In this document: piece after piece, positions 35,701-49,000 of the stretch
Layout: each line of letters starts with the position of its first letter
Position numbering within the stretch: position 1 is the first letter of the stretch
Source of the DNA: Antedon mediterranea
Lineage: Eukaryota > Animalia > Echinodermata
Direction of reading: 5' to 3'
Assembly: GCF_964355755.1 (NCBI RefSeq)
Contig: NC_092677.1
Coordinates: 28,259,175 to 28,323,174 of the forward strand
DNA: 64,000 nucleotides
Translations under genes and position numbers: made by a program
Notes under the pieces: generated by a model
Databases searched by the model: none
What the model was told of the DNA's origin: nothing
Seen by the model: only the letters and a program-made list of their open reading frames with translations

Positions 35701-38700
35701 TTCAACCAAACCTAGGTATGTCTCCAACAAAGCTAACTTGATACATTTCAATAAACCTATAAATAAATAACACAATTATTAAACATGTATATTGTTACAA
35801 TAAGTTTGTTAATGTAATAGACACGTTTCGCGCTCGTGACCAATCAGAAATAGTGGGTATAGATTTGTAAACAAACCAACACCGCTATCGCCTAGTGCGT
35901 GTTGAAGCATAGCGAAATGGCGACTGCCGAGTGCTTTTGTTGCAAGGTGCATCATAAATGTTGTATATGTTGGATAAATTGTGAATTTAGCTACACAAAA
36001 TCACTGAATAATATTCCTGTTTTTAATTTTCAAACACTTGCTGAGTGGTTTGCGTCGGCTCCGAAGGATAGTGGCGCAAAATCTTGGAAATTTTTCAACG
36101 AAAGGTACGTCCACGATGTGGTGGGGTTTCTCCGCCCGCCCGGTGGCGTTGCCTGATGATGCGGTACTTGGTCTACTACTAGGCCTAGGAGGCTTGGGTG
36201 TCTGTTTAAGCGCCGAAGAACATCACATAATACATGGAAGATGCAATAGGAGCATGAAGAAGAATGAAAGATAATAATTAATATATTTACGCAACATTTG
36301 TAAATAAAATCAACAGTTAACATGTATTAAATGCACCGTAATTATTATATGTCAAACCAAAAATGACAATACATAAATAAAGTCGATGATTCCGAACCAA
36401 ATGCCCAAATAATTCTACAGTGAATATAAAACATAAGTTTAGAAAATAAATAACATCCTTACCATGCCATTCCATCAAAAGGCTAGTTTTGACGATTGCT
36501 TTTTAAGATGATCATCTCTCAGTTCTCCCATGCTTTAACATACCTCTCGCTGTGTTTGTTTACCATTGTATACCCACTAAAAGGTCAAACTGACGGTGAC
36601 CTCGCGAGCGCGAAACGTGTCTATTGGTCAGATGTTTTGCCCTACTCTGACGTAATTTGTACTTTGTACTAAGTACATTGAATAATTCTCAGGTGGGACC
36701 CTTATTTACCCATCATAGACAGTATGTCAGCAATATCACACACAACATGTCTTTTGAGTATACACAACAACCATTGTGTAACACATTTAAAAATGTGCTC
36801 TAAAGTGTACCGACTATAACATTTAGAACTTACAACATTTGGTTTATTTCTTTAATTTGAGAAGACGTAGAAAAACATTTACTGTTAAACAAACTGCAAG
36901 AAAACATATTATTAAGAGGTAATCATTTTGAATAATATTATGCAGAAGGTAACTGGGGCAGCTTCTTAGAAATGAACTAGAATATAAAATGAAGGAGTTG
37001 ATAGAATGCTGCATTCTGCTTATTATGTTCAATAGCATGAAACTCATTGTATCAAACCAGTGTGATGTGCCCAAATATGGTAGTGATATTCTTAAATATG
37101 GTAGTGATATGACATCATCATGTCCATATATGGGCACATCACATTTTTTGTCACAAAGTTTGATAGTGTGGACAGAGCTTTATGATAATTTTTGTTACAG
37201 GGAGTATTTTTGTGTTGAAGATGCAAGCATTATTACAATTTTCAGTTGAGCAAATGTTACATCTTAGTCTGTACTTAATTATTTATGTGTTGTGTGTCCA
37301 AATAAAATCAAGCGTACATCATTCACTATTTTCATTATTCTAATTGAAATGCTTATAAACGTATCAGCAATGATAATGGCTGTCAACTGTAGACTATGCT
37401 ACAAAACCACCTTACTTTAAGCTCTGTCTCCACTATCAAACTTTATGTTACAAATGTGATTTCCCATATATGGACATGATGATGTCATATCACTTCCATA
37501 TTTGGGCACAACACACTTTTTTGTTAAACTAGTTTGATAGTGTAGACAGAGCTTTATAAGTAAGTCTGATAAGTTTATAAAACAAATAATGAAATGGTTG
37601 ATTTTGTAGGCAACAACCAGAAATGAAGCGATCAGAAGAAGAGACATCGTCTTCACCTGAAGACCAAAAAGAAGATGATGGTTCATCAACAGCAGATATA
37701 CAAGATCAAGACAATTATGAAAAAATATTTAAACCAAATTCAACGTTATGTAAGTTATTTCAAAATTAAGGAGCTTATTACTTGTGATCTACGCATTGAT
37801 GTGTCATTAGTCACATGTATCTAGAAACCATCAAAAGAAATAGAATGAGGAATTGCGCACAATGAATTAACTTATTTCTAGGTAGCTAGTCTTTGCAAAT
37901 CAAAAGCTCCCTAAAGCTCTGTCTACACTATCTTTTTTTTAAAGTTTGATGTGCCCAAATGTGGTAGTGATATGACATCATCATGTCCATATATGAACAC
38001 ATCACATTTTTTCTCATTTAAAGTTTGATAGTGTAGACAGAATTTAATGCTGACAAAATTTCAGTTTTATACACACACAAATTTTCATTTTACATTTATT
38101 CAGCAATAGAGTTACATACAATGTTTCAGGAATCTTGGAGAGAACAGTTTATTATTCGTGGTCTTTTCTAATCCTACTGTACCTGCCTTATTGAAAGTTT
38201 AAATATATTTTTTAAGATTTTACCAATGTAGGTGACAAGAGCAAGAGTCTAATTTCATTATATTTTGTCTTTAGCTCGATCTCCAACGCGTAAAGCAGAA
38301 CCATTCCCAGCCCCATTAGTAGAGCCCTCCAAGCCACAGTCTGTTCAACCACCGTTTTCTAAACGAACTCCAGACGCCGTTCAACCACCGTTTTCTAAAC
38401 GAACTTCAGACGCCGTTCAACCTCCATTTGCTAAACGTGTTCCAGATGCCACACCGATATCATCCAAACCTAGTATTAAAGAAACACCAACAGCTAAAGT
38501 AGCACCAACACAGCCACAACCTAGGTACATTGAGAAACCAGTTATGTCAGAAAAGAAAATGAAAGAAACTATTATACCAGCTAATAGAGAAAAGCCAGTG
38601 GGACTTGATGTAAATGAATTCTTACCTGTAAGTTTTTATCAAGCCATTTTTTCATATCAATTTCATTTGCATACGTTTTCCACCCAATTTACTTCAGGTA

Positions 38701-40675
38701 TATCTGATCAGAACAGATAAAATTGCTCTGCTCAAACACACTACATTGGTTCTACCATGTTTTGGTTTTACCAAACTCATAAAAGCCTTCTATTAGTTTT
38801 TACCAACCATTGACTAATAGATGTTTATAATTGAAGGTAAAATTACAATCGGAAAATAAAAAGACGTCACAAGTAGAAGCGAAATCAGAATCAGAAGTAA
38901 TAGAATCTTTAAACAAAGGTCATGATTCAATGTGTGCAGTAATGACCAGTAGAAATAAGAACCTACAAGTTATCAAAGCAATATGGAGCACAGGAGATAC
39001 CAAGGTATTCACCTCTCTCTCTACACTACCAAACTTTATGTGACAACATTTGATGTTACCATATATGGACATGATGATGTCATATCACTACCATATTTGG
39101 GCACATCACATCATTTGTCAAACTATTTTGATAGTGTAGACAGAGCTTTACACTATTTCACAAATTAATAGTAGTTCAAGTATCACATAGTACCTTTAAT
39201 AAAAAATCTTTTGTGTAGACAATTTTAATTCAAATTTGTTTTATTTTTGTGGCATTAAAGCAAGGGTTTCATTTAGTTGAACTATATTATAACTACTGTC
39301 TCTAAATATGTAGAGGTAAAATACACCCATTGACATTTTTTTGCTGTATCTGTAATTGTAAATTTACTAAATTCCAGATTCCCATGCCCATAGAGGCAGT
39401 TAAACAAAATTTCTTTTAATGTTGTTTAAATTGTTTACATGTTAAAAATCTATATCTCATACAGACCGCTGTAGAATCTGCAGTTAACATGGGTGACCAA
39501 GCACTTTTGGTAGATTTATTAAACGTTCTATGTTTAAAAAAGTAAGTAGAAACACAGTTGTAATTAATGAAAATAGATTCTCTTTATGATCATATAAAAC
39601 GAACTCCTTTTTCCTGAGCAAAAAAAGTTGAATATATATATATCATAAAGGATTTTTTTTATGTTTTTTATATCTACTATCATAGTAGCGGACTCTCTGA
39701 TATTAACTTAACTTATAACTTTATATAATGTACATGATAATAACTACATCATTAAAATACATCAGCACATTTCACTGTCATTGTATATAAGATTATTGAG
39801 GTCTGCTATTGAAATGTTTATTGTTGAGTGTTAATCTACATAGTCATGTGATCTTCTCAATGACAGATCCCTATGGACGTTAGATTTGTGTGTTCTACTT
39901 CTACCAAAAATTAAGGACATTCTTAGCAGTAAATATGAAAAGTAAGTACTGAAATATATAACCAAGATTTATTTTAAACGCATTACTTGAATAGAGTAGC
40001 TACTCAATAATTTGTCAACACAATCTATTAATACATTTCTTGTTTTTATTTATAGTTATGTTTTGACAAGTTGTACGGCAACCAAACTGATATTAAAAAG
40101 CTTTTCATCTTTAATTAAGACCAACATAAACCTACCCCCTCAAGGAATTGATATTATGAGAGAGGAAAGGTAAGTACCTACTGCTAAATATGTCAATATT
40201 TAGATTTTAGAATTATTAGCAAGACCTTATCTTTGCGATCCAAGGCTATTTAGTAATCCGTAATGAGTTCTGAAACTAAATGGCTCACTTTATTTTGATA
40301 TTCTTAAAGTGGCCTGATTTAACACTTATTTTGCATTTTAGTACACATATTTTTGTAAGTCACTTTTCCCCAGTGATTAAAGTAAACAATATTCGATGTA
40401 TGAATTTAGGTGATTATTCTTTCCAGTAGAATGCTGGTAAAACATGTTTTTACATAGAATAAAATTATTACAATTATTTGTGTATAAATACAGAATTTGA
40501 AAGAATAAGTTTTTGATTAAAAGGTTTTTTCATTTATTTTAGATACAACAAATGCAACAAGTGTTATGGCTATTTAATAGCTGTAAGGCAGCAAGTTGAA
40601 ACTAAACAACTTACGTCTGGAAAACTTGGAAGTACTTATAGAGAACTTAAATTACTTTTTGGTCAACTTGATTAA
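26798..40675 (+). CDS. KATNB1: Katanin p80 WD40 repeat-containing subunit B1, about 700 aa, 16 coding exons
   Basis: Exons 26798-26825, 26976-27106, 27588-27705, 30590-30690, 33680-33805, 33883-33998, 34742-34813, 35090-35294, 35570-35715, 37610-37749, 38275-38627, 38837-39004, 39465-39541, 39867-39941, 40056-40169, 40543-40675. [27 protein letters not shown]40 repeats, Pro-rich linker, con80 domain ([20 protein letters not shown]). Confidence 0.95.
28210..29559. mobile_element. hAT-like non-autonomous element with internal poly-C tract
   Basis: TIR cagggcatca ... tgatgccctg; flanked by the direct repeat ttaagg; subterminal ggagagc/gctctcc repeats. Confidence 0.75.
30716..31964. repeat. 52-bp minisatellite, about 24 copies, KATNB1 intron
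   Basis: Unit ccatttgtaagaattcacaactagcatgtctaactgcaccttttatttgtt(a/c). Confidence 0.97.
34032..34127. mobile_element. Tiny MITE remnant
   Basis: cagagccgtagccac ... gtggctacaccactg imperfect inverted ends. Confidence 0.45.
34857..35009 (+). mobile_element. About 135-bp MITE family (PIF/Harbinger-like), copy 1
   Basis: Ends aag(c/t)tctgtctacactat ... atagtgtagacagagctt; core catgatgatgtcatatcactaccatatttggg. Confidence 0.8.
35819..36622. mobile_element. Internally deleted DNA transposon (ISL2EU-like, AT-flanked)
   Basis: TIR at|agacacgtttcgcgctcg ... cgagcgcgaaacgtgtct|at; gene-like 5' remnants point inward from both ends. Confidence 0.78.
37050..37180 (-). mobile_element. About 135-bp MITE family, copy 2
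   Basis: Reverse-oriented core cccaaatatggtagtgatatgacatcatcatgtcc; end atagtgtggacagagctt. Confidence 0.8.
37419..37554 (+). mobile_element. About 135-bp MITE family, copy 3
   Basis: aagctctgtctccactatcaaac ... gtttgatagtgtagacagagctt, in TAA/TTA context. Confidence 0.85.
37914..38045 (-). mobile_element. About 135-bp MITE family, copy 4
   Basis: Same TIRs, core in reverse orientation. Confidence 0.8.
38343..38450 (+). repeat. Coding 36-bp repeat (VQPPF[S/A]KR[T/V][P/S]DA, 3 copies) in the KATNB1 linker
   Basis: gttcaaccaccgttttctaaacgaact(c/t)cagacgcc repeated in frame. Confidence 0.9.
39013..39148 (+). mobile_element. About 135-bp MITE family, copy 5
   Basis: Same core and right TIR; begins about 10 bp after a KATNB1 donor site. 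Confidence 0.8.
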
Positions 40676-41588
40676 TAAGAATTATGTGGAAACCTGAAAT
40701 AGGCTATCATCATTTTACTAAAAAACATGATAGTGGTATCAAAAGCCATAGACAATGTTAAACATACTGGTTACTGAGGATTATATAACCTATTGTAAAA
40801 GCAGCCATGACTATATGGGTCCTTACTCCATGCTTTCAACTGATAACTTGGATTTAGCAGCTTATTAAAAGAAGATCCTAGGAGAATTATGTGGTTTCAT
40901 TGATGCACAGCTAATAATAAGGTTGTTTAAATTATAACATAGTATCTTAGCAATACATTGCCCAATGATACAAGTTTAGTCTGTAGTAGCAATACATTGC
41001 CCAATGATACTAATATCCATCTCGCATTCAAATATCAATCTTAGTTTATACCAAAGTAAATGCTCTGTTCCAGTCTATTTTCTGAGAAACTTAGCATAGA
41101 AATGAATGTAGCCAATTGATTAATATTATAAAGTCATTATCATGTAGACATAAACCCCCACATCCATTTCTATTAAATAGTCAAACCCACGCACCATTTG
41201 GCTCCCCATAATGCAGAAAGCCGTTCCACATTCATCAGCAAGTTAATGTTGCCGTCTCATTTTGATTTGCACAATGTGCAGGGCTAATTTGTTAATACGT
41301 CTTGTACATGATGAATTTCTTAGGTTTATTATGTAGATAGAAACAGACAAGTAACCATTTCAAAGTTTACATTCAAACAGCAGCAGGATGAGATTACCTG
41401 TTGATTGGGTATTTTCATTAAATGAGGTTGGCTAATGGAAGGAGGTAGTAATATTATAATACCTTTAGGCTTCTTAAGAGGTTATCTGTTGACTTACTTA
41501 TTTTTTATTTAACAACAGTATCTCTATGAGTACTGTACTACTTTAAATGCATTTATTAGTACATTGCTGTTATTATACGTCATTAACA

Positions 41589-41727
41589 GGTCACTGTTGG
41601 TCACTTGCTGACTGGTCAATTACGATTGGTCAGTTGTGGTTGAACACAGGTGGTCACTGGTGACGGTCATTGGTGGTTGAACACAAGGTGGTCACTGGCG
41701 ACGGTCACTGGTCAATTGGTGACGGTG
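41589..41727. repeat. Degenerate ggtcac-rich short repeat cluster
   Basis: gtggttgaacaca(a)ggtggtcactgg(t/c)gacggtca twice plus smaller ggtcac units; possibly transposon subterminal DNA. Confidence 0.6.
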
Positions 41728-44700
41728 TTATTTTGCATCTAGTTTATAATTTTCCGTTTTTCTACATAGTGCATATTATGTTTTCTGTTAAGTCCCAAAT
41801 AATGAACTTTACCGTGCGCTTTCTAATTCAAGTGTACGCCGCATGTAGTACCAAACTTTTAGCGCTTTCTTTATGACACGCAACAATTATCATATTTCTT
41901 CGCGCGATACACGTCATAACGTTCCACTAGTATTTATTTCATTCCAATTGTCTTGTTATTATATTTAACTTTCAACTTTGCCTTAGACATATTATATTTG
42001 TTTTTTTATACAGTATATGTATTTATTATACTGTACTCCCTTTTCCGAGAGTTTGATAATAGCATACAGATCAGTTTCCTCTCAATTAAAGCAAGTAATA
42101 CGAGATGGATTTTACGACAAATAATATACGTAACCCGATATCGGCTCCAATATTGTATCGAACAAGTTTATTCCGTTTCTAAATATAATCCCTATCCGTG
42201 TTGGCGTACATTTTACATGTGCCAATTTTCAAGTTGTAATACAGTTTTGCATAATTAAAGATAGTTTATTAAACTTGTATATCACTACATACAACTGATA
42301 TGTACAATTATATCAAGACAGGTACTATAGTTCAATAGTATGTATATTAGTATGATTGCGTGTATGTAACAATATAACCAAGTGTTTTATTTTATATATT
42401 GCTGATGGTTTTTGAACTACTACGTTTTTCGTTATACGAGATTTTGATTAATTTATGAACATACTTTTTCGACGGTCACGTCACGTCTTCATATTTATAT
42501 AATTTGAATATAATTTAAATATCATAGTGGTATTTTTAATTTGAAGTATGAATAGGCCTATATGAAATAGATTGTTTTGATAATAAACTGTAAGATAAAG
42601 ATGTATATTTGTGCATGTAAAATAGTGGTTGGCGTGTCATAGTTTATAAAAAAAGGTTTACTGAAATTAAGTGTATATAATTACACATGTATATACAATT
42701 ATACTCCACATTTGTAGTTGGTTTATGTTGAACTAATCCGTTATAGTTGTTGCGTTTGATACGCTAGTATCTTTATACATTTCTGGCCAAGGAAACTTTT
42801 TCGCTTGCTGACCAATTAAATGGGGAATATATCGCATTATTTGTTTTATTTATGTTTGCTTGGAAGCATGAAGGAGATATTTTTGCTGTGATTTTGAACA
42901 TTAAACAAATGAGCCAAGTCTAACATCACGATTGCTTGTTTTATTTTGTCATGTTGGTTTACTAAAGACCCCGCGTCTAACATTATGAAAACAAAGAACC
43001 GCGTCTATACATTATGAAAACATTGTATTATTTCGGTTATTAATATTAACAAACATAACATTAGCAGCTGTACATTACTTAGTATTCACTTCATGTTTTA
43101 GTGGAGAAACATAATGGATGATGTTGTTATTGCACAAGCCTACACTCGGACATGTCAAATAACATTTATATAACAACCTAGCTGCATCTTTATTAAACCA
43201 CAATTTCTCACTGAAATGGTCGGATATAATCCCATACACCCATACATAATCGTCTTCAATGCCTTTACCATCGGTAAAAAAGGCATAATCCTATGTAAGC
43301 CATTGTATTTCTCGCAATAAATAAAACCATTCGAATTCGAAAATAAATTAAATATTTCCGAACTCTTCGTCAATACCATATTGGAACACCTGACCATGCT
43401 CTCGTGTAAATACAGGTGCTGGAATGTGCTGAACTGGTTCACATGCTGGATGCATTTTGAGGTGCAGGCATGCTGTATGATATCCGGCTTATTATAGAAC
43501 AGGTAAGACAGAACACCAATACTTAATAATAGATGCAAGTAAGCATTAGTACTCAGTATTCTGTTTTTGAACGAAAAGATTAATGTGTTTCCTGGGCACG
43601 TGTTCTTAGAGTGAGTAGAATTTGCCGCTGCTATAGATTTTCGCGCTTATCTTTTACATTACCAAATCGCAGGGTTTGTAATAATATCTGTATACTTAAA
43701 TAAGGCGATAAAACATCCGGGCTATGTGTAGACGATGTAATCTGCCACACGTTGGACGTAGAAATCCGGTGTCGGTGGTCAAACATTTGAAATATGGCGC
43801 TCCCCTTTGTAACATTTTACTCTTCCCTGCACCAACAATATACAGTTTTGATACAGTACATAGTAGTTCATACAACAGTGAGGCCTATGTGCCTATGTGT
43901 CTGCTGTCAAGAGCGGATTCGGAATATAAAACAGAGGAACGCGAATATTAATTAATAGTCCGTACACTTTTGTTGTTCATAATTTTAGCTATCGATCATG
44001 ACGAGTATATTTTATCTATCTCGCTCTCTCTATTATAACACCAAGACCCGTCAATTTCAAATAAATGGAGAGAACTGAACCTCCTATTACACGTGTTCTA
44101 AATCCGTGATCTATCAGCTGCAGTAATACAAAATAAACGATCGATTTGGGTGACGTCACTACTATAATAAGAATACCCATGGGTGTCTTATGGATTATGT
44201 ACGTTTGGGTCAGTTCAAATCTCGTGTAATCACGGTCTTAATTCTCACGGTTTCGTCCAAAAATAATATTATCAGGATTGACTTTGATTATTAAGTTGAC
44301 TTTGATATTTTATAGGTTCCTGCAGATCTGTGTAGGTTCTTGTTTAGTATTTGGAAGAAGAATTATTTATTAATGTATATTACTGAAGTTCCATCGTCAA
44401 TTATCGCTATTTTTGTTAAGCAGGTGACCGCTACCCGGGTAGATAGGTCTGAACGCGCCCTATGACTCGGCTAACATTAATTCACACGAATGGCTTAACT
44501 GCCCATTTTGCGCGCTGTGTGTGTACACACATTATCAATCCATTAGGCCTACATTTGCCTAATCACAACAAGACGTTGTCAAAAAAGTAAACGAATATAC
44601 AGTATAAACCGATTTGGCCCGGAGATTAAAAGCTCTGGCATGATACGCGCACGTCCAAACATGGACACGCCCTTCCTTTCACGTAGGCCTACACTGTGTC

Positions 44701-46029
44701 ATACTAAACTACATTAAAAATGTTTGATAGTTCTGGTGACGGACCCATTAAAACTCAGAGAAGATTAATATTACCTTTGCTTTGATTAAAACACTTTCTT
44801 TGTTCCCTAAGGATGGATTGGTTTCATTAATTTACAAAGTAATCATTTTCAAATAGTAATTATGCACATACACTTTAGTTGGCACGTTTATTGCAGGTCT
44901 GCCTGATAACCTATGCTCAAAATAGCTGGGTAGCCTATGAATGATTACAACGTGATTTAGAACCGGATGTATTGAACTATATCATTATAATTTCTTAAGA
45001 CAACATATTAAAGAAACTATAGGTTTGACTTTTTAAACATTATTAACATAAATGTGGATGTGCCTAAATTACGTAACGTACTATAAATAGTATAGTTGTT
45101 TCACCTAGTATTATTCATATCGAGTACATTAGTAGGCCTACTCTATATGGGATAATACATTTATACGGTATTGCAAAGTTAGTATACTTAATTAATAAGA
45201 AGTACAGGTGAGAGGCATGGAGAAAGATAGCAACTACTGGCTTGCCAATATGACGGTGTGTGAAAAAGGCATATGCAACTGGGACAACTCTCCGTGACTA
45301 ATAAGCGACTTAGAATAATCCATTCTTCTGATTGGTCAATGACTTGCTTTGTGCGTACGTCCTTGCGTTGCGACTCTAGTGTCATAATTGCAATATATTT
45401 AATAGCCTATTTTGTCTATGGAAACTTAGATGACACAAGATAGATTGAAGTCGTTATACTAATGGACTTAAGATTGCTAAAACGTGCCCGTGACACCTAA
45501 CAACACCTCATTATTAGACCATTTGGTATTGTTATTATGTGTATACAAAATTCAATCATAATTATACAGCGAAAGGGCGCCATCATAGCTACAGTACAGT
45601 ATATCAATTTGTTTTTTTATGTCGCAAATTACGTCACTTTGGTGCATCTTTATAGCCCACGATCGTCTCAATCGTTACAAGCTTTGAAGAAGAGGTAATG
45701 GGTTCAGTTTCTCAGTTACTGTTATAGCAAACAATTTCTAACAAACGCTCCTGAACATTTTAAACAAATTAATAATTGAACGAAAAGTGTGTTATAGACA
45801 AGGATCATCCAGGGACTACTCTACAGAGCATTGTGGTTGGTTTGATGCTCAGCTCAGAATCGATAAATTTAGACAACGTCGCCGAGAACGCGGTAGTCAA
45901 GACTTTTAACTGTACGGTCGAGGAGAAAAATTAATTTGTGAATGTATGAAGAAGAATGCAAAATAATTTACGCAAACAAAACGGATTTATGTGTTAATCC
46001 ATTTGTAATGTACTGACGTACGTACATTG

Positions 46030-49000
46030 ATGTCAACAACAATGTGTCCGGGTAGTAGGCCTACATCTATTTTTGCAGCTTTTTTCTATTTCTTATTTGG
46101 TAAGTTTACAGGCTTTAGGCCTATATTATACTTTTGTAATATATATTTGCAGAAAAATAGAAGAGTTACAATTTGTAACTGTTACCACAGACAGTTTATG
46201 TTAAATTAGATTACGTCATTGAAAATACATAAGAGAAGGTCAGCAACGGCAACATTCCAAAAATTAAGTATTCCTACTGTTCGCACTTGATGGTCGTTTA
46301 CAAATGTATCTGTTCACAAATTGTGAATAATTAGGTAGTTTAGTAACCGGTTGACCTACAGTTAGCAACGCAAGTTATAGCCAAAAAGTGTGTGTAGGGG
46401 ACCGATAAACCTATAGAGTTAGCAACGCAAGTTATAGCTAAAAAGTGTGTGTAGGGGACCGATAAACCTATAGAGTTAGCAACGCAAGTTATAGCCAAAA
46501 AGTGTGTGTAGGGGACCGATAAACCTATAGAGTTAGCAACGCAAGTTATAGCCAAAAAGTGTGTGTAGGGGACCGATAAACCTATAGAGTTAGTAACGCA
46601 AGTTATAGCCAAAAAGTGTGTGTAGGGGACCGATAAACCTATAGAGTTAGCAACGCAAGTTATAGCCAAAAAGTGTGTGTAGGGGACAGATAAACCTATA
46701 GAGTTAGCAACGCAAGTTATAGCCAAAAAGTGTGTGTAGGGGACTGATAAACCTATAGAGTTAGCAACGCAAGTTATAGCCAAAAAGTGTGTGTAGGGGA
46801 CAGATAAACCTATAGAGTTAGCAACGCAAGTTATAGCCAAAAAGTGTGTGTAGGAGACCGATAAATCTATAGCAACGCAAGCAATAAGGTAGGCCTATAA
46901 CCAAAACAATGCGTGTAGGAATTAGTCATGCCATGGATTAAAACATCGCCCAGGCAAAATTTAGTGGATTAAAATTAAAATACCAAAGTGACAAGTGGAG
47001 GGTACATTTGGGGTGGTATGATATGCGATTTCTAATCATATTGTTGTTGTCATTTTCAGTGTTGGGTTTGGTAATCGGATCTGACAATGTACGAGTCTCC
47101 ATAAACCAACCTATAATTCATCAAAGAGTGTCATCACATCAAGCAAAATCTACTTCTATAAACCTACTTCATGGCGGGAAAAATAATGATTGGCAATATA
47201 CAGGAATATTATCAAGTAAGGTTCATTATATGTCCATCATTGTGTCGTAATTTCCTTTAAAGGCCAGGTGCGGGCAAAAAATTTCTATTGATCATACATT
47301 CCAATAATTATCGATCTATAGTTTCCCCTATGTTTCATAATTTTTGGGATTTTATTTATGTTACACGAGCTTGTTGAAAATAAGCCCTTTCTTATCATTG
47401 GGGGGATAGTTCAAATTACACAGTAAAATCTCTATTATTTTGTACACAAATTTTGTAAATAGAGAGGCATTTTAAAAAGCTATGAAAAATAAATGGTGTG
47501 GTAACAAATGTTATCAGATGACTAAATATAGGTAATATAACTTGAATATTACATTTCTGATATTTTTATTCAACTTCAGATTTTTATTTTCATGCTATAG
47601 CAAAAATTATCCACCGTAAATCCACCATCTTTTTTCACCGTCTAGGGAGTCACCAGACATGTTATTACATTAGGCTAACTACCTAACTACTGAAAAAAAG
47701 TCTTCCTGGTTTTTATGGAAGAATTTTGCCAAATTCATGTTTTTTCGTCTTGATTTCTGTTACAAATATTTGATTTATGTACTATTAACCAAATATTATA
47801 TTTAAAATTCATGCCTGTACCTGAGCTTTAAAATTCAGTCAAATTTACTAAATAGACAAGATAGGCCGCACCCTCCCAATCATCAACACCATTATATCGG
47901 TATATTTATTTTAATATAAAACATTAAAAATAATATACAATATATCAATATTGGTGCCTCCTCCTGGCAGCCATGATTAGTTGAATTCCAGCACTCACTT
48001 CCATTCGTAATACATTCAACATTCATAAATCTCAGTGACTTGCACCCATGTGCTTCATTCACGTGTGCGGCACCACCGCATATTGATTGCCATTTTTAGA
48101 CCACTAATAAAGTTTCATATCCCACTATCACCCATATACTGTAATCCCGGCCCAGAATAATAATTTCGTGTACGGCATTCAATTTCGCGGCGTAAAAAAA
48201 ATTCGGCCGTAAAATAAACGCCGATTAATTATCAACGTTGAATTATGATATTGTAAGTTACCGGATGTGTTTGTATTAATAATCGCGGCCCCTTGATACA
48301 GCTAGCTCCACACTTTATCATTCTGAGAATATTAAAATGTGTACGGCATTTCATTTTTTAAATTATCTTCTGGTACTTTGCTAGTAATTGCATGTTTCAA
48401 TATTGTAATCATGCACAAAAGGACAAATATAAAAGGACATAAAAGTGCCATATAATGAATATAGTATCTTAATAATATACGGGGCGCCGTTTGGACATTA
48501 ACGTTATAATGTTGACTACAAATATATTATGCGTTATATATTTGCATTGATTAATTAACAATGACTAAATAACTGTGTTACGATAATATTTTACCACCTA
48601 AGTTGAATTGCTTTTTTCAACATAATTTCTGTCATGACATTACTGTAAGCCCCTCTCTGTTTTTATGTTCGTGTATAATTTATAGGTTTATCTAAATTTA
48701 TGAGGAAATCACGATATTGTCTTAATTATCGTTGCATGAATAATACAGTCACGTGCGTGCATATTGACCACATTGAATTATATTTAATTTCCAGACGTTT
48801 TTATGTACTTGAATCAAGCCAAACCTCGCATGGTTAAAGAAGACGACCATGAAATCATACGAATTATTAAGAAAAGATCATCAGAAGATGCTATATCAAC
48901 TACTATTTCCACACCAAATGTCACCAATGCTGTTTTTGGCTTTATTCCCGGGCCGCAAAGTGGACCTATCGCATGCCCAGGTCCCGATCGTGACTGCACA

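Noticed and set aside
43078-43538. 127-aa minus-strand ORF and an overlapping open frame (DYAFFTDGKGIEDDYVWVYG...)
   Set aside because: No recognisable domain and no partner exons found; it could be a decayed mobile-element fragment, but I cannot support a call.
44700-44930. TAAT- and CTTTG-rich block resembling a developmental enhancer (also 41200-41460)
   Set aside because: Such short motifs are expected by chance in AT-rich DNA; conservation data would be needed.
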